Shown: positions 26,903 through 39,691 of the stretch, piece after piece
How positions within the stretch are numbered: position 1 is the first letter of the stretch
Layout: the number at the start of each line of letters is the position of its first letter
NCBI RefSeq assembly: GCF_006345805.1
Contig: NC_043001.1
Location: 108,128,001 to 108,192,000 of the forward strand
Reading direction: 5' to 3'
Origin: Octopus sinensis
Lineage: Eukaryota
DNA: 64,000 nucleotides
Translations under genes and position numbers: made by a program
The notes under the pieces: generated by a model
Told to the model about the DNA's origin: nothing
Databases searched by the model: none
Seen by the model: only the letters and a program-made list of their open reading frames with translations

Positions 26903-27216
26903 GTGGAGGCGTAATGGCCCAGTGGTTAGGGCAGCGGACTCGCGGTCGTAGGATCGCGGTTTCGATTCCCAGACCGGGTGCTGTGATTGTTTATTCAGCG
27001 AAAACACCTAAAAGCTCCACTAGGTTCCGGCAGGGGTGGGGGGGTCGATCCCTGCTGTACTCTTTCGCCACAACTTTCTCTCACTCTTTCTTCTGTTGGC
27101 CTGATCGCTTAGTCAGCGGGGTGGCGTCATTTGAAGGCTAAAACAATGCGAAGCGCATTGTGACCAGCGACGTGTAACAACATCTGATAGCTTGGTCGGT
27201 CACGTGATCACGTGAT
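26903..27216 (+). mobile_element. tRNA-derived SINE family C
   Basis: A box TGGCCCAGTGGTTAGG and B box GGTTTCGATTCCC; reverse copy at 36254-36557. Confidence 0.85.
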
Positions 27217-27289
27217 TAAGAAAGTAAGATGACCAGCGTACAATCTTTTTTCGCATACGAGTCATCTCCCTTACACTGTTCAATTTCCA

Positions 27290-27950
27290 TTCTTCAACGT
27301 CGCAATGACTCCCTGGCTGGTAACTCAAACTAGCCGTGGACAAGCGCGTCTCCATGCATTCTGAGAGGAAAAACCATGCCTTTATATACTCCCTCAGCAA
27401 CACCAACCTCAAGAAGTATTCTAGCAAACGTGATCTGGGTATTATTGCAAACAGCAATCTGCGTTGGACATTGTTAAGAAGGCTAAGGATGTCCTAGCAT
27501 CGTTCAGTAAGACTTTTGTCTCCAGCAATTTATTGAAAACTGTATAAAACAGTGGTACGTCCGCTCTTACAAATTGCATCACCAATCTGGAACCCCTCTC
27601 TTGCTCAGCATATAAATCTCCTGGAAACTGTTCAGAAACGTGCAACAAAACGAATACCCACTGTCAGGTATCTATTTTACACTGGCCATCTTGCTTCTCT
27701 GGGAATGGACACATTGAAGCTCAGATGTCTGGTAACTGACTTGGTAGACACCCACAAGATTATCCACCATCTTTTCAACAGCCTTGGGCACCTTTTTGCA
27801 TTCTATATGTCAAACACTCGGACATGCTCACGAAAAAAAAAAAAAAAAAAGCACCTATGACTTTCGGAAACATTTTGCACGCTTAGAATTGTTGAAGCAT
27901 TAGTCATTCGCTGTTCGAGACACTACATCCTTCAAAACTTCGATGATTTC
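27290..27950 (+). mobile_element. CR1/L2-like LINE 3' fragment
   Basis: VRPLLQIASPIWNPSLAQHINLLETVQKRATKRIP, typical of the CR1/L2 ORF2 C-terminus. Confidence 0.75.
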
Positions 27951-28439
27951 TGAAATCCGCCATCAGTACGCCCGATGCTTTATATATATATATGTAATCG
28001 ATTTAATCCTTTTTTTCTCTCCTCGTTCAACCCCTCTGTGGGTAGTAAAGAAATAGGTATTTCGTCTGTCGTTACGTTCTGAGTTCAAATTCCGCCGAGG
28101 TCGACTTTGCCCTTCATCCTTTCGGGGTCGATAAATTAAGTACCAATTACGCACTGGGGTCGATGTAATCGACTTAATCCCTTTGTCTGTCCTTGTTTGT
28201 CCCCTCTGTGTTTAGCCCCTTGTGGGCAATAACGAAATATATACCCCATATGAAGTCAGTTTTCTTTTTTAGTTTTCTCGTGAAATATAATTCTTAGAAT
28301 GCTGATTTCAAACACTAGTACGAGGATTCAGTTCTAGGTTTCAGATTTACATTAGAGATGAAGTCGATTATACTAAGTCCAATATTTAACTGGTATTTTA
28401 TTTTAGCAAATAAAATATAGCAAAAGATAGCAACAGAAA

Positions 28440-28641
28440 GTTGAAAGCTGGCAAGAAATCAAATTGGAAATTCAAGGGACGTAACTCACATCCACCACGT
28501 TTTCTGCCGGCCTACAACCTTTATGTGGAGAGTAAAGTTAAATCCCCCACCTTTGCATGAAGGCTGTGTTATTGTCGAAGACGAAAGCACGTGACAATTG
28601 TTCCACGCGGTGTTTGTAATTAGCAAGTCGTGGAGAGAGAA
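28440..28641 (+). promoter_or_regulatory. Putative TRMT10A promoter/5' UTR
   Basis: Short TE-free, relatively CpG-rich stretch directly upstream of the ATG, with an E-box CACGTG at 28588-28593. The TSS cannot be determined from sequence. Confidence 0.4.
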
Positions 28642-28814
28642 ATGGACATGTCCTGCGAAGACAAGCAGACGGAAGAGGAGGAAGAGATGGGGGATTCTCC
28701 GGCAGAAGAAGAAATTAAAAAAGATGAATCTCAGGAAATAAATGGTTTGTCGAAGAATCAACTTCGGAAATTAAAGAAACGTGAGAGATGGTTATTGGTA
28801 AAGAAAGAAAAACG
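28642..28814 (+). CDS. TRMT10A: TRMT10A coding exon 1
   Basis: ATG in G(-3)/G(+4) context; MDMSCEDK...GLSKNQLRKLKKRERWLLVKKEKR resembles the basic N-terminus of Trm10; donor CG|GTAAGT, phase 2. Confidence 0.9.
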
Positions 28815-29066
28815 GTAAGTTTTTGTCATTTAAGTCATATTAAGTCAGCCCCTTGGTCCAGCAGAATTGTAATTAAATGTATTCTATTTGTCATATACCC
28901 GTCCTTTTTACTTTTTAATGTGTCTTCTACCTCAATACTCAATGTGTTCTTCCTTTGCTTAAAATAATATATAATGAAATTATCGTATACAGTGCTCAGG
29001 TGCCCCACAACTTGTCGAAAGTGCGTATAAAGCATATGCAGTAATGTACAAATGCCTGGGAAGTGA

Positions 29067-29292
29067 ACAGTGTACGAGTCAGGTAGATGCTTGCGTGTGT
29101 ATGGAGGGGGAGAAAATCAGGTGTAGTGTTGGCCTCAGGAAGCATGGAAGTTTTGAAGGATGCAGTACTCCGACAACTAACAACTGATGCTGGCAGTTTG
29201 TTCCATGCTTCAGCAACTCTTTGCGTGAAAAAATGTTTCCGAAAGTCATGGGAGCTGTGCTGTTCTCTGACTTTGTAAACATGTCCACGGGT
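29067..29292 (-). mobile_element. CR1/L2-like LINE extreme 3' end in TRMT10A intron 1
   Basis: Minus strand reads RKHFFTQRVAEAWNKLPASVV; shares sequence with 27860-27950. Confidence 0.7.
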
Positions 29293-29871
29293 TCAACCCT
29301 TGTCCAGCAGAAATGTAATTAAATGAATTCTATTTGTGATATACCCGTTCTTCTTTTTTTTTTTTTTTTTTTTTTAAAGGTGTCTTGGGCTTCAATACTC
29401 AATGTGTTTTTCCTTTGCTTAAAATATTTGTGATTTGAAAGTTATTTACTATTTCTATCACGTTAGGTCTCCCTTATTTGCTCATCGGGAGAAGTGTTAT
29501 TTTCTGTCGTACTTAATACAGCTGCTATCCCCCAACTATTTTGTAATTCGTAATTTTTATGTCCCTCAAACGTTATTGTAATTATTATCTGCAGTTTTTG
29601 TAATTCTTCCTTGTAATGTCACCGTCATCTGTTGCTCACCGGCATTTCGTCTGACATCTGGTTTCACCCAGGTCGACTTTGCTTTTCATCTTTTTGGGGT
29701 CGATGTAGTTGACTGACCCTTCCAAATATACCACTTTCGAAATCACGAGCAAAAATACTATTGTACCAATCTGATATTTAGAAGTCCTTAATTGTTAAAC
29801 TGCTTACCTAAAAAAAAAATCAAAAATATAAAAAGGACTTCTGCTGAAACTTGCAAAAAAAAATTGTTATA

Positions 29872-30240
29872 GGCGTAGGATTGGCTGTGTGATAAGTAGC
29901 TTGCTTACGAACCACATGGTTCCAGGTTCAGTTCCACTGCGTGGCACCTTGGGCAAGTGTCTTCTACTAAGCCTCGGGCCGACCAAAAAGATTTGGTAGA
30001 TGGAAACTGAAAGAAGTCTGTCGTATATATGTATATATATATGTGTCTGTGTTTGTCCCCTCAACATCGCTTGACAACCGATGCTGGTGTGTTTACTTCC
30101 CAGTAACTTAGCGGTTCGACAAAAGAGACCAATAGAATAAGTACTACGCTTCCAAAGAATAAGTCCTGGGGTCGATTTGCTCAACTAAAGGTGGTGCTCC
30201 AGCATTGTCACAGTCAAATGACTGAAACAAGTAAAAGAGA
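29872..30240 (+). mobile_element. SINE family A
   Basis: Full-length copy in TRMT10A intron 1. Confidence 0.85.
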
Positions 30241-30618
30241 GAGATTCTGCCATGGTTGACTTTGCCTTTCATCCTTTCAGGGTCGATAAATTAAGTACCA
30301 GTGAGACACTGGGGTTGATGTAATCAACTAGTCCCTTCTCCAAAAATTTCAGGCCTTGTGCTTAAAGTAGAAAGGATTATTATTATTCTTTTTTATGAAA
30401 TCAATAAACCACTGGTTGCCTTGTAGTGAATATTCATGTCCAGTTTATATTGACTTTGCCTTTCATCTAACCAAGATCAATAAAATATCAGTGCATGCTT
30501 GTTCCTCTGTGTGTATGTGTTTGTGCTTGTTCCTTGTCGCATTTTAAACTTGAAGAAAATGGCTATTTTTTTCTTCAATGAACTCCATCTCACCGATGCA
30601 AGCATAGAAAAGCAGGCA

Positions 30619-30842
30619 TTAACGCTACTGTATTTATTTTGAGATGCTCTGTGTTTCTTTCAATTACTTTAAATATAACAAAGAAATTAGTAAAATAACT
30701 TAATTATCATTGAGCTCGTTTTTAGGAACATAAATTGTGACTAAGGTTTGGTGGAAGATTTTAATTCAAAACTTATGAAAACAAGACATTTGTACTACAG
30801 AGCCAGAGCTGGTTTAAGCCTGGTTGGTAACAAAAGGGTTAA
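30619..30842. mobile_element. Second piggyBac-type MITE family (left end eroded)
   Basis: Ends GGTAACAAAAGGG|TTAA; TTAA also at the left boundary. Confidence 0.5.
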
Positions 30843-31796
30843 AAACGATGGTAATGATTATATATCATGTTAACATGCAACCTTAACAGAGGAATTTTAT
30901 CAGCCTAACATTTATATAACTTTGAGGAAATGCAGAACTTACTGGTGGTATGCTTGTCCTTTATGGAAGTTGAGCATAAAATTACTTGAAGTCAACTCAG
31001 CTATTGAGAATTATATTAAAATACAGATTCTCGTTGCTGTTTTTGAAAGTAAGTTACAAATGTCAGTTATGCTACACAGAGTTAGACATTTACTTCCAGC
31101 TTAGCTTGGGAAATGTTTTTAATTTGACTGCAAAATTGAGAATAGCATAGTAGTTGAAGAAAAAAATTTTTTAATGGAATCTTTGGCCAGATATGGAATT
31201 TATTTTCGCTAGAATATGTGTACAGATGTGTGTATGTGGGTGTATTAGTGTTGTCCTCATTTGAGAAGACAAGCAACATTCCAGTTTATTGTCATTCAAT
31301 ACAAATACAATAAAACTGTATCTAAAGATGAATGAACACAAACAATAAAGCAGAAATAGCAATTAATATGATCGTTTGATCTTCTAGAATTAATTGCTGA
31401 ATCTTCATGAAATCATCATCATCATTGTTGGACGGTTTGACTAGGGGCTGGCAAGCCAGGAGGCTGCACGAGGCTCCAATCTGATCTAGCAGTATTTTTA
31501 CAGCACAGGAGCCAGTCAGGCGGCACTGGCATCGGCCACATTCGGATGGTTTCTTAGTAAAAGACACACTTGGTGGTCTTTGTTAGTGTTATTATCATTA
31601 GCATCCTCTTTTTCTTGCTTGCATGAATTGGACAGAGTTTATTGAGGCAGATTTTCTACTATCAAATGCACTTCCAGCTGCCAACCACCACCTGTTTCCA
31701 AGCAAGGTAATATTTCACCATGGCCTGATATGTTTTTTGCAGCATATTGAAAATAACACTGCTTGTATGATGGTGACAATCATATACATATTCAGA

Positions 31797-32026
31797 GTGG
31801 TGAGCTGGCAAGATCGTTAGCACGCCGGGCGAAATGTTTAGCGGTATTTCGTCTGCTGTTACGTTCTGAGTTCGAATTCCGCCGAGGTCGACTTTGCCTT
31901 TCATCCTTTCGGGGTCGATTAAATAAATACCAGTTACGCACTGGGGTCGATATAATCGACTTAATCTGTTTGTCTGTCCTTGTTTGTTCCCTCTGTGTTT
32001 AGCCCCTTGTGGGTAGTAATGAAATA
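31797..32026 (+). mobile_element. SINE family B
   Basis: Full-length copy. Confidence 0.85.
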
Positions 32027-32440
32027 CATATACAATTACTGGACAAGGAGACATAAGCATATACACACACTCACAAACACACACGTACACATATACACAC
32101 AGGCTTCCTTCAGTTTCTATCTCACAAGGCTATGGTCAGCCCAGGGCTATACTAGAAGACACTTGCTCAAGGTGCCATGCAGTGGAACTGAACCCAAAAC
32201 CTATGCCTATTATTACTTTATAGTAAAACAAAAAAAAAATTTATAATGATGGCATGAATGTTAATTAGGATAAATTAGAAGTTACATAACATTAACATAC
32301 ATTAGCAACATTGCTGTAATTAAATGAACTTGATTGGGTCAGACAAGGGTTGTTTAGATAGACTTTCTATGGCCAGATGCTCTTTCTGTTACAAATCCCC
32401 TTCCTGCCTCCCAGCAGAAGATAATATCTGCCCTAATCAT

Positions 32441-32666
32441 TTAACCCTTTAGTGTTCAGGTTATTTTACCAAATGTAATGTTAATTTATTCATATTGTTT
32501 TGAATTAATTATGCATTATCTCTCTTCCTTGAGATTTCAATGATGTGCTTGTTTAATGTTGAATAACATTGTGGGGTAGGTGTGAGAGCCTGAATCTGGT
32601 CTGTTTGAACATAAAACATATGGAAATTTTGGCTGGATATGGCTGGTTTAAATGCTAAAGGGTTAA
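32441..32666. mobile_element. piggyBac-type MITE
   Basis: TTAA|CCCTTTAG...CTAAAGGG|TTAA; related copies at 33951-34275 and about 62615-62839. Confidence 0.75.
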
Positions 32667-33064
32667 ATATGTACAGCTCAGTAGCTGGACATATTTTAAC
32701 AGATGATTTCTGACAAATGATGCCATTTTATATGAATGGTGGCTTTGTTTACAATCAGTGAGCAAATATCAAGACCAGACTTGCATACACACACACACAC
32801 ACATGCAGATCCATTTATTCATCAATCTCCAGTATTATTATATTGTTACTCTCCACCCACGCCCCCTTTTTCTTTTGTCTTCTCACTAATCACCTCCTCC
32901 CATCTGACCCAATTATATTTCCTCCGCCTTCCCAAATGGTATTCACCACTTCCTGCATTCTTCTCCTCTATCGCCATCTCTAACCATCTGTCACTCCTTT
33001 AATATCTACCTACCCATCCACTCTTGCCCATATCTCTACCCCTATTCTGTTTTACACTGCCCTT

Positions 33065-33437
33065 CATCATCATTGTTTAATGTCCACTTTCCATGCTGGC
33101 ATGGGTTGGACGGTTTGAGTGAGGTCTGGCAAGCCAGGAGGCTGCACCAGGCTCCAATCTGATCTGGCAGAGTTTCTGCAGCTGGATGCCCTTCCTAACA
33201 CCACTCCAAGAGTGTAGTGGGTGCTTTTTATGTGCCACCAGCTTGGGGGCCGGTTAGGTGGCACTGGCCTCTACCATGTTTGAATGATGCTTTTCACATG
33301 CCACTGGCATCGATCATGTTTGAATGGTGCTTTTTACGTGTCACTGGCACGGGTACCAATCAGGTGGCACTGGCATCGACCACATTCAATTGGTGCTTTT
33401 TACATTCTACAAGCATGAGTGCCAGTCAGGTGGCACA
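33065..33437 (-). repeat. RTE 3'-tail element
   Basis: Reverse-complement copy upstream of TRMT10A exon 2; a plus-strand copy lies at 34279-34545. Confidence 0.8.
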
Positions 33438-33590
33438 ATAGGTACTGCTGTAGTACACATGCTGCGTACATTCCTACAACACTGTTTTCTTTACATGCTA
33501 TAAAGGCAGAAGTAATCTGTAATAAAAATGGCTAGTTTAAATGTTTAAGGCAGATACAGTTCCATTTATTTTTGTTAAATATATTTTCAG

Positions 33591-33756
33591 GAAACATGAA
33601 CGACTGAAAAAGAAGAAACGTAAAGCAGAAGCCGTTGAGAAGGGGCTCGATGTTGGTCCCTCGAGAAAAGCTTTGAAACAAAATTCCATGAAACAATCCA
33701 AATGTCAAATGAAAGTTGTCATTGACTGTTCATTTGATAGTTACATGTCTGAAAAG
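33591..33756 (+). CDS. TRMT10A: TRMT10A coding exon 2
   Basis: Acceptor ttttcag|; KHERLKKKKRK...MKVVIDCSFDSYMSEK (IDCSFD start of the SPOUT-type Trm10 domain); donor AAG|GTAGGT; phases fit exons 1 and 3. Confidence 0.95.
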
Positions 33757-33950
33757 GTAGGTCTTGCTAATATTATCTTTCCAATATTATTAGTGTTATA
33801 ATTCTAATTTAGTCATTGGTGGTTAGCGTTGGCGGTTGGCATTAAGAAAGGGATTAAGAAAGTCAAAGCAAACATTGGAGCTTGGCATGGTCTGCTGGCT
33901 CTTTGGATTATATCAAGCTGTCTAATCCATGCCAATATTGGAGATGGACA

Positions 33951-34275
33951 TTAACCCTTTAGCATTCAGATTATTCTGTCAAGAGCCTGGTGCAGCCATC
34001 TGGTTCGCCAGCCCTCAGTCAAAATCGTCCAACCCATGCTAGCATGGAAAGTGGACGTTAAACGATGATGATGATAATGATAATAGTATTTATTCATTCA
34101 TATTGTTTTAAGCTAATCATGCATTATTTCGTAGCTTTAAGATTTCGATGATGTTATCACCTGTTTTTAGATTGACATTATAGGTTGGTGTGCGATACCA
34201 AATCTGGGCAGTTTTAACAGAAAACAGGTAGATTATTTGGGCCGGATATGACCGGTTTAAACACTAAAGGGTTAA
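33951..34275. mobile_element. piggyBac-type MITE with an inserted RTE tail fragment
   Basis: Same TTAA/CCCTTTAG termini; interrupted at about 33985-34080 by a (GAT)n-tailed fragment. Confidence 0.7.
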
Positions 34276-34671
34276 ATGATGGTGCCTGTGCTGGTGGCAC
34301 GTAAAATGCACCATTTGTGCGTGATCGATGCCAGTGCTGCCTGACTGGCCCCCATGCTAGTGGCATGTTAAAAGCACCCGTTACACTCTTGGAGTGGTTG
34401 ACGTTAGGAAGGACATCCAGCTGTAGAAACCTTGCCTGATCAGACTGGAGCCTGTTGCAGCCGCGTGCCTACCAGTCCTCAGTCAAACCAGCCAACCCAT
34501 GCCAGCATGGAAAGCAGACATTAAGCGATGATGATGACGATGGTGATAAAAGTCGTTTCCATGCATGTAAAGAAAACAGTGTTTTAGGAATGTACGTAGC
34601 ACGTGTACTACAGTAGTACCATGCATACTGGGATTGAAAAGCAGAGGCGAATTATGCATAGTAATCAGAGT

Positions 34672-35013
34672 CTGAGACCCCCTTCGGTCACGACACAGAC
34701 CATGGGATTGCACCTAGAAAATTACCCTCCCAGGCACAAGTCCATGGCAGGTTGTGTTTGGAAGTCCAGCAGTCGCCCATGCATACCGGCCTCTTCTCTC
34801 TATGCTACCAGTGTTTTTGAAGGGAAAGGTAAAGGGGCCAATACAGCTTGGCACCTGTGACGTCGCAACTCATTTCTACAGCTGAGTGAACTGGAGCAAC
34901 GTGAAATAAAGCATCTTGCTCAAGAACACAACACGCAGCCCGGTCCGGGATTCAAGCTCACAACCTCACGATTGTAAGCTCGACGTTCTAACCACTGAGC
35001 CATGCACCTTCAC
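34672..35013 (-). mobile_element. SINE family C variant
   Basis: 12-bp TSD AGTAATCAGAGT at 34660-34671 and 35014-35025. Confidence 0.85.
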
Positions 35014-35389
35014 AGTAATCAGAGTAGGCTTCATAATTTTATTGAATTAGGTGCACATTTTGTCATAAAAGGAAAATGTTGCTATCGATCTATTTTATTC
35101 AAAGTAGGCACTGCCTACCTAGGAGGTTTGTCCCTGGTGTATACATATGCATGCGTTGCTATCTCCTTGCTAACAATGTCTTTCATATCCAATCTTCCAT
35201 GAAAACATGTCCGGTCTTGGGGAAATATTACCTTCCTTTGAAACAGGTAATGATATGCAACAGGGAGGGCGACTCACTGTAGAAGATCTGCCTTGATGAA
35301 ATTCTATCTGACCCATACAACCACAGGCAAGTGGACAGTGATACGGTGGTGATGTAATAACCCTGTTGTCTGCTCCTACCAATTTCTAA

Positions 35390-35800
35390 TCTATAATATA
35401 AATTAGACATGGGCGATCGTTGTATTCTTTCTTGTCTTGAGGTTCACAGCCAAATGGCTGGGTGGATTCACGTGAAAAATGGCACACATGTGAAGACGGC
35501 TGCATAGATTGGAATGCAGTTTGTATTTTTTACTCAGCCCACATACTTACCGAGAAAATCGATTAAAACTTGTTCTAATGGAATTCCCCCTCTTTCTTCT
35601 GCCATTAAAACAACCAATTGCGTAAAAGCTGTTTTCTGACGGGGTGGGGTAGGGAAAGTTTCCAACAGCTGGAGGCTCCAATCGAAACAGGGGACTCAAA
35701 ATTATATGGTTGAGAAACGCTGTTATAGATTATGCCTAACCGAAAACGATCACAACCACACCATCCAAACAGACCGAGTGAAACCGGGCTTAGCTGCTAG
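35390..35800 (+). mobile_element. Non-autonomous Helitron, second family
   Basis: A|TCTATAATATAAA start, CCG-agtgaaac-CGG hairpin, CTAG|T end. Confidence 0.65.
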
Positions 35801-35882
35801 TTACTCTTATAATCAGCTAAAAATCCTTGGTTCCTGAAATTGTGCATTTTCCTATATTCGTATTTGTTTCGTTCAATTCCAG

Positions 35883-35954
35883 GATGTCATGAAGCTTGTG
35901 AAGCAGTTACAGAGCTGCTACTCACTGAACCGACGTGCTGAGAACCCTCTTCAG
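35883..35954 (+). CDS. TRMT10A: TRMT10A coding exon 3
   Basis: ttccag|DVMKLVKQLQSCYSLNRRAENPLQ|GTAATG, 72 nt, phase 0-0; matches the Trm10 Q-x2-CY-x2-NRR motif. Confidence 0.95.
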
Positions 35955-36195
35955 GTAATGTCACAATCGTTAAGGGTCATTTACTCGTTTCAGGCATCAT
36001 TAGACTGCGGCCATGCTTGGGCACCGCCTTGAATTTTTAGTCGAATGAAGTGACCCCAGTACTTGCCTTTTTTTTTTTTCTTTTTAAACTTGATACTTAT
36101 TCTATCAGTTGCTTTTGCCAAACCGCTAAGCTACAGGAATGTAAACACACAAACACTGGTTGTTAAGTGGTCGTGTGAGACAAAAACACTCATAG

Positions 36196-36236
<41 letters not shown>

Positions 36237-36253
36237 TATGTATATATATATAT

Positions 36254-36557
36254 ATCACCGTGACCGACCAGGCTATCACATGTTGCTAGGCATCGCTGGT
36301 CACAATGCGCTTCACATTGTTTTAGCCTTCAAATGATGCCACCCTGCTGGCTACACGTGCAGGCCAACAGAAGAAAGAGTGAGAGAAACTTGTGGCAAAA
36401 GAGTACTGCTAGGATCGCCACCGCCCCCTGCCAGAGCCTCGTGGCGCTTTAGGTGTTTTTGCTCAATAAACACTCACAGCGCCCGGTCTGGGAATTGAAA
36501 CCGCAATCCTACGACTGCAAGTCCACTGCCCTAACCACTGGGCCATTGCACCTCCAC
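36254..36557 (-). mobile_element. SINE family C
   Basis: Reverse complement of 26903-27216. Confidence 0.8.
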
Positions 36558-36943
36558 ACACACACACACATACATATATACACACACACACACACACACG
36601 ACCAGCTTCTTACAGTCTCCATCTACCAAATCCATTTACAAGGCTTTGGTTGACCTGAAATTACAAAAGGCACCAGCTCAAGATGCCACGCAGTGGGACT
36701 GAACTCTGGACCATCTGGTTGGGAGACAAGCTTATCAGTGTCGCAGTCTTCCTTGTTACTATTTCTCATATGCTTCCTTTTCTGGTGCCTCCTTACGACC
36801 CTCCCAATCTGCTGCATATCGCCTTTCCTCATCATGTGGGCCTTACCAATGGCAGTTGTTATTTTGATACCGACTTCTTAAATGACAAAGGCTTTTCTTC
36901 CGCAGACTTCTTCTTCCTTAAACAAACACTCAAAGAAGCTGCT

Positions 36944-37392
36944 GTGGCACGTAAAAAGCACCATCTGAACGTGGCCGATGCCAGCGCCACCTAGACTGGC
37001 TTCTGTGCCGGTGGCACGTAAAAAGCACCATCCGAATCGTGGCTGATGCCAGTGCCGCCTTGACTGGCTTCCGTGCCGGTGGCACGTAAAAAGCACCATC
37101 CGAATCGTGGCCGATGCCAGCGCCGCCTTGACTAGCTTCTGTGCCGGTGGCATGTAAAATGCACCAATCCGACTGGCCGTTGCCAGCCTCGCCTGGCACC
37201 TGTGCAGGTGGCACGTAAAAAGCACCCACTACATTCACCGAGTGGTTGGCGTTAGGAAGGGCATCCAGCTGTAGAAACACTGTCTGATCAGACTGGAGCC
37301 TGGTGCAGCCTCCTGGCTTCTTAGACACCGGTCGAACTGTCCAACCCATGCTAGCATGGAGAACGGACGTTAAACGAAGATGATGATGATGA
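36944..37392 (+). repeat. RTE 3'-tail element with four 61-68 bp tandem units
   Basis: GTGGCAC unit starts at 36944, 37011, 37079, 37147 and 37208, followed by the shared tail and (GAT)n. Confidence 0.85.
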
Positions 37393-37471
37393 AGAAGAAT
37401 TCAGCTGTTTTGTAGAGACATGAAAACAGTTCATTCCTAACATTCTCATTTGGTTATTCTCTCTCTTACAG

Positions 37472-37543
37472 CTCTACATTTGTGGATGCAGTGGCAAGAC
37501 TCAGGAAAGATTAGACAACATCGGTGACTGCAGCAGATGGGAT
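37472..37543 (+). CDS. TRMT10A: TRMT10A coding exon 4
   Basis: ctcttacag|LYICGCSGKTQERLDNIGDCSRWD|GTAAGC, 72 nt, phase 0-0. Confidence 0.9.
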
Positions 37544-38929
37544 GTAAGCCAACACGATTATTGATTTGTTTCTTGTGTTTCTTTTTCTTTTTTTTTAATT
37601 TTTAGAGGTATCTATGTGATAAGCACCTTATAGCAATAATGACATCTGGGGAGAAATGGGAAAACTGCACTGTGTCAGAAGAAGTTACTTATGACATAAT
37701 GTGTGTATGTTTGGTTGTGTCTGTCCAAGAACTTGGAGATCTCTGTGCAAATGTCCCTGTCCAGAATGGAAGCACATTTCACTCAATCACCTCTGCCTGG
37801 TGAGATGTGTGAAGGGGTCGTCTGTTTTTAACATTCTGTAAAGAGTTTTGGCACTAAAAACAGCTTTATATAAGGCACAAAGAGAAGATACTAGAAAATT
37901 GAATCAAGCAATGGTTTAACACTGTTTGGTTGCTTAATGGACCGATCAAATGAAACTACTGTGGTTGGCTCATAATATCTGTCAGTGTATCTAGAGATTC
38001 GGTTTCGAATCCCTGCTACAGACAGGTTCGAAAAGAATGTTGATGGCAACAGTTTTCGGTATGCAAGCCATTCAGAAAGTCCTGCAGTCTACAATTTTTC
38101 CATGACTGTTATATTGTCTAAAATTATTCTTTTTGTATTCTTTAATGAAATTAATCTCTATGGATTGAGCCAAGTCCTTGGAACTCACTATTCACAATTG
38201 TTAATAAAGCTATACAAGGGAAATAACCCTTGTCACTGTTCTGTAAATGCTTGACTTTGATAAAAAAAAAATTTCTTTACTGTATCGCTTTGTGAAGATA
38301 CATTCCTTAATTTTAATCAAGTAAATTTGAGTTTTGCTAAAGTTACAATGTACTTACTTTGAAATTACTATTTTCATTTGTGGTCACTTAGAACTTAGTT
38401 TTCCCGTAGATGGCGCTCCTAAGTTAATGATATATTCAGAAATTTCTTACCTCAAACTTACATCAACTTGAGTCTTCTTCACCTTTACATTTTCTGTTGT
38501 TTCTTTATTTTTTTTTAAGAAGTTAATGGAAAAAATAAACCTCAACTTCAGTTGATTTAGGTCGATCTTAGCAAATGTAATTAAAAGACCTAAAAAGAAA
38601 TATTGAAGTGATCGATGCCAGGCCTGCCAGACTAGTTCTTGTGCTGATGGCACATAAAAAGCACCTACTACACTTTCAGAGTGGTTGGCACTAGGAAGGG
38701 CATCCAGCTACATTGCCAGATCAGATTAGAGCCTGGTGCAGCTGCTGGCTCTCCATACCTCAGTCAAACCGTCCAACCCATGCCAGCATGGAAAACGGAT
38801 GTTAAACAATGATTACTTTTATACAAATGATAAGTAAATGAATAATATCGAAAGCAAGACATTTTCAAGTATTTTATTTGGGCAATTAAGTACTTTTTAT
38901 ATTAATTAATAACTTCTTTGATTTTTTTT

Positions 38930-39691
38930 TTTTTTTTTTGAGAAAGCATTTTGGTATCAGGCTCTACCATAACAGTTCTTAGTTTCAATTGGTCCTCCAA
39001 ATGTTCACCTCTCAATTGTGTTCTCGGCGAATTCTTGATTTGCGTCCAGTATGGGAATGTAGATTCACAATGGTATGTTGAAGAAAAGTAGGGAATTAGT
39101 CAGCATGCATGTTCATGAAGACAAAGATATTCTATCACATTTTTCCAAATTTCAATTGGATTTCCCCTCTAGTCAAACAGAGATTTCAGGATATTACCTT
39201 CAGACATTTCAATAAGCTCCATTTGTAACTCTGATACATTAACTAGGTGAGGCTGGAAAGCAAGTTATGTTTTTCAAAATCATTGTATCTTTTATTATAG
39301 TCTTCTATTAATGATTCTAAAACTGACATATATTCTTCAAAAGATTCATAGATATCTTCATTTTCACTCATTACCTTTGTAAGCTGAGGAAAGTGTTCTT
39401 CTGGAAGTTTTGATTGAGCCAAAAGGATCCTGAAAAACGACAATATTTTTTTGAAATGCCCAACTTCTTTGCCACCTTAAATAAATACATTTATTTTTGC
39501 GTTGCAGTGAAATGTTTTACTCATTTTGTTTTGACATCACATATAAATGCAACATTCCTTTCATTTATGTGTATTGTAAGTTTAGGGCATATAATGATTT
39601 TAGACAAAAAATTTTCAATGTCAAAACAGAAAGAAAATATACTGATGGATGCACATGGCTGCACTGGGAGGCCACAGGTTCCCCATTTCTG
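38930..39691 (-). mobile_element. hAT (Charlie/SPIN-like) transposon relic in TRMT10A intron 4
   Basis: Terminus CAGAAATGGGGAACCTGTGGCC; degenerate EHFPQL...DYNKRYNDFEKH...ELQMELIE...STYHCESTF...EHLEDQLKLR (hAT dimerisation domain). Confidence 0.8.

Noticed and set aside
26903-26980. tRNA-like sequence with A and B boxes as a tRNA gene
   Set aside because: It runs straight into a SINE body, relatives have TSDs, and I cannot form a convincing acceptor stem.
36944-37392. Regular ~67-bp arrays (also 46258-46830 and 58528-58800) as a CRISPR-like array
   Set aside because: The whole unit repeats with no unique spacers, there are no cas genes, the context is eukaryotic, and the arrays are part of an RTE 3' tail.
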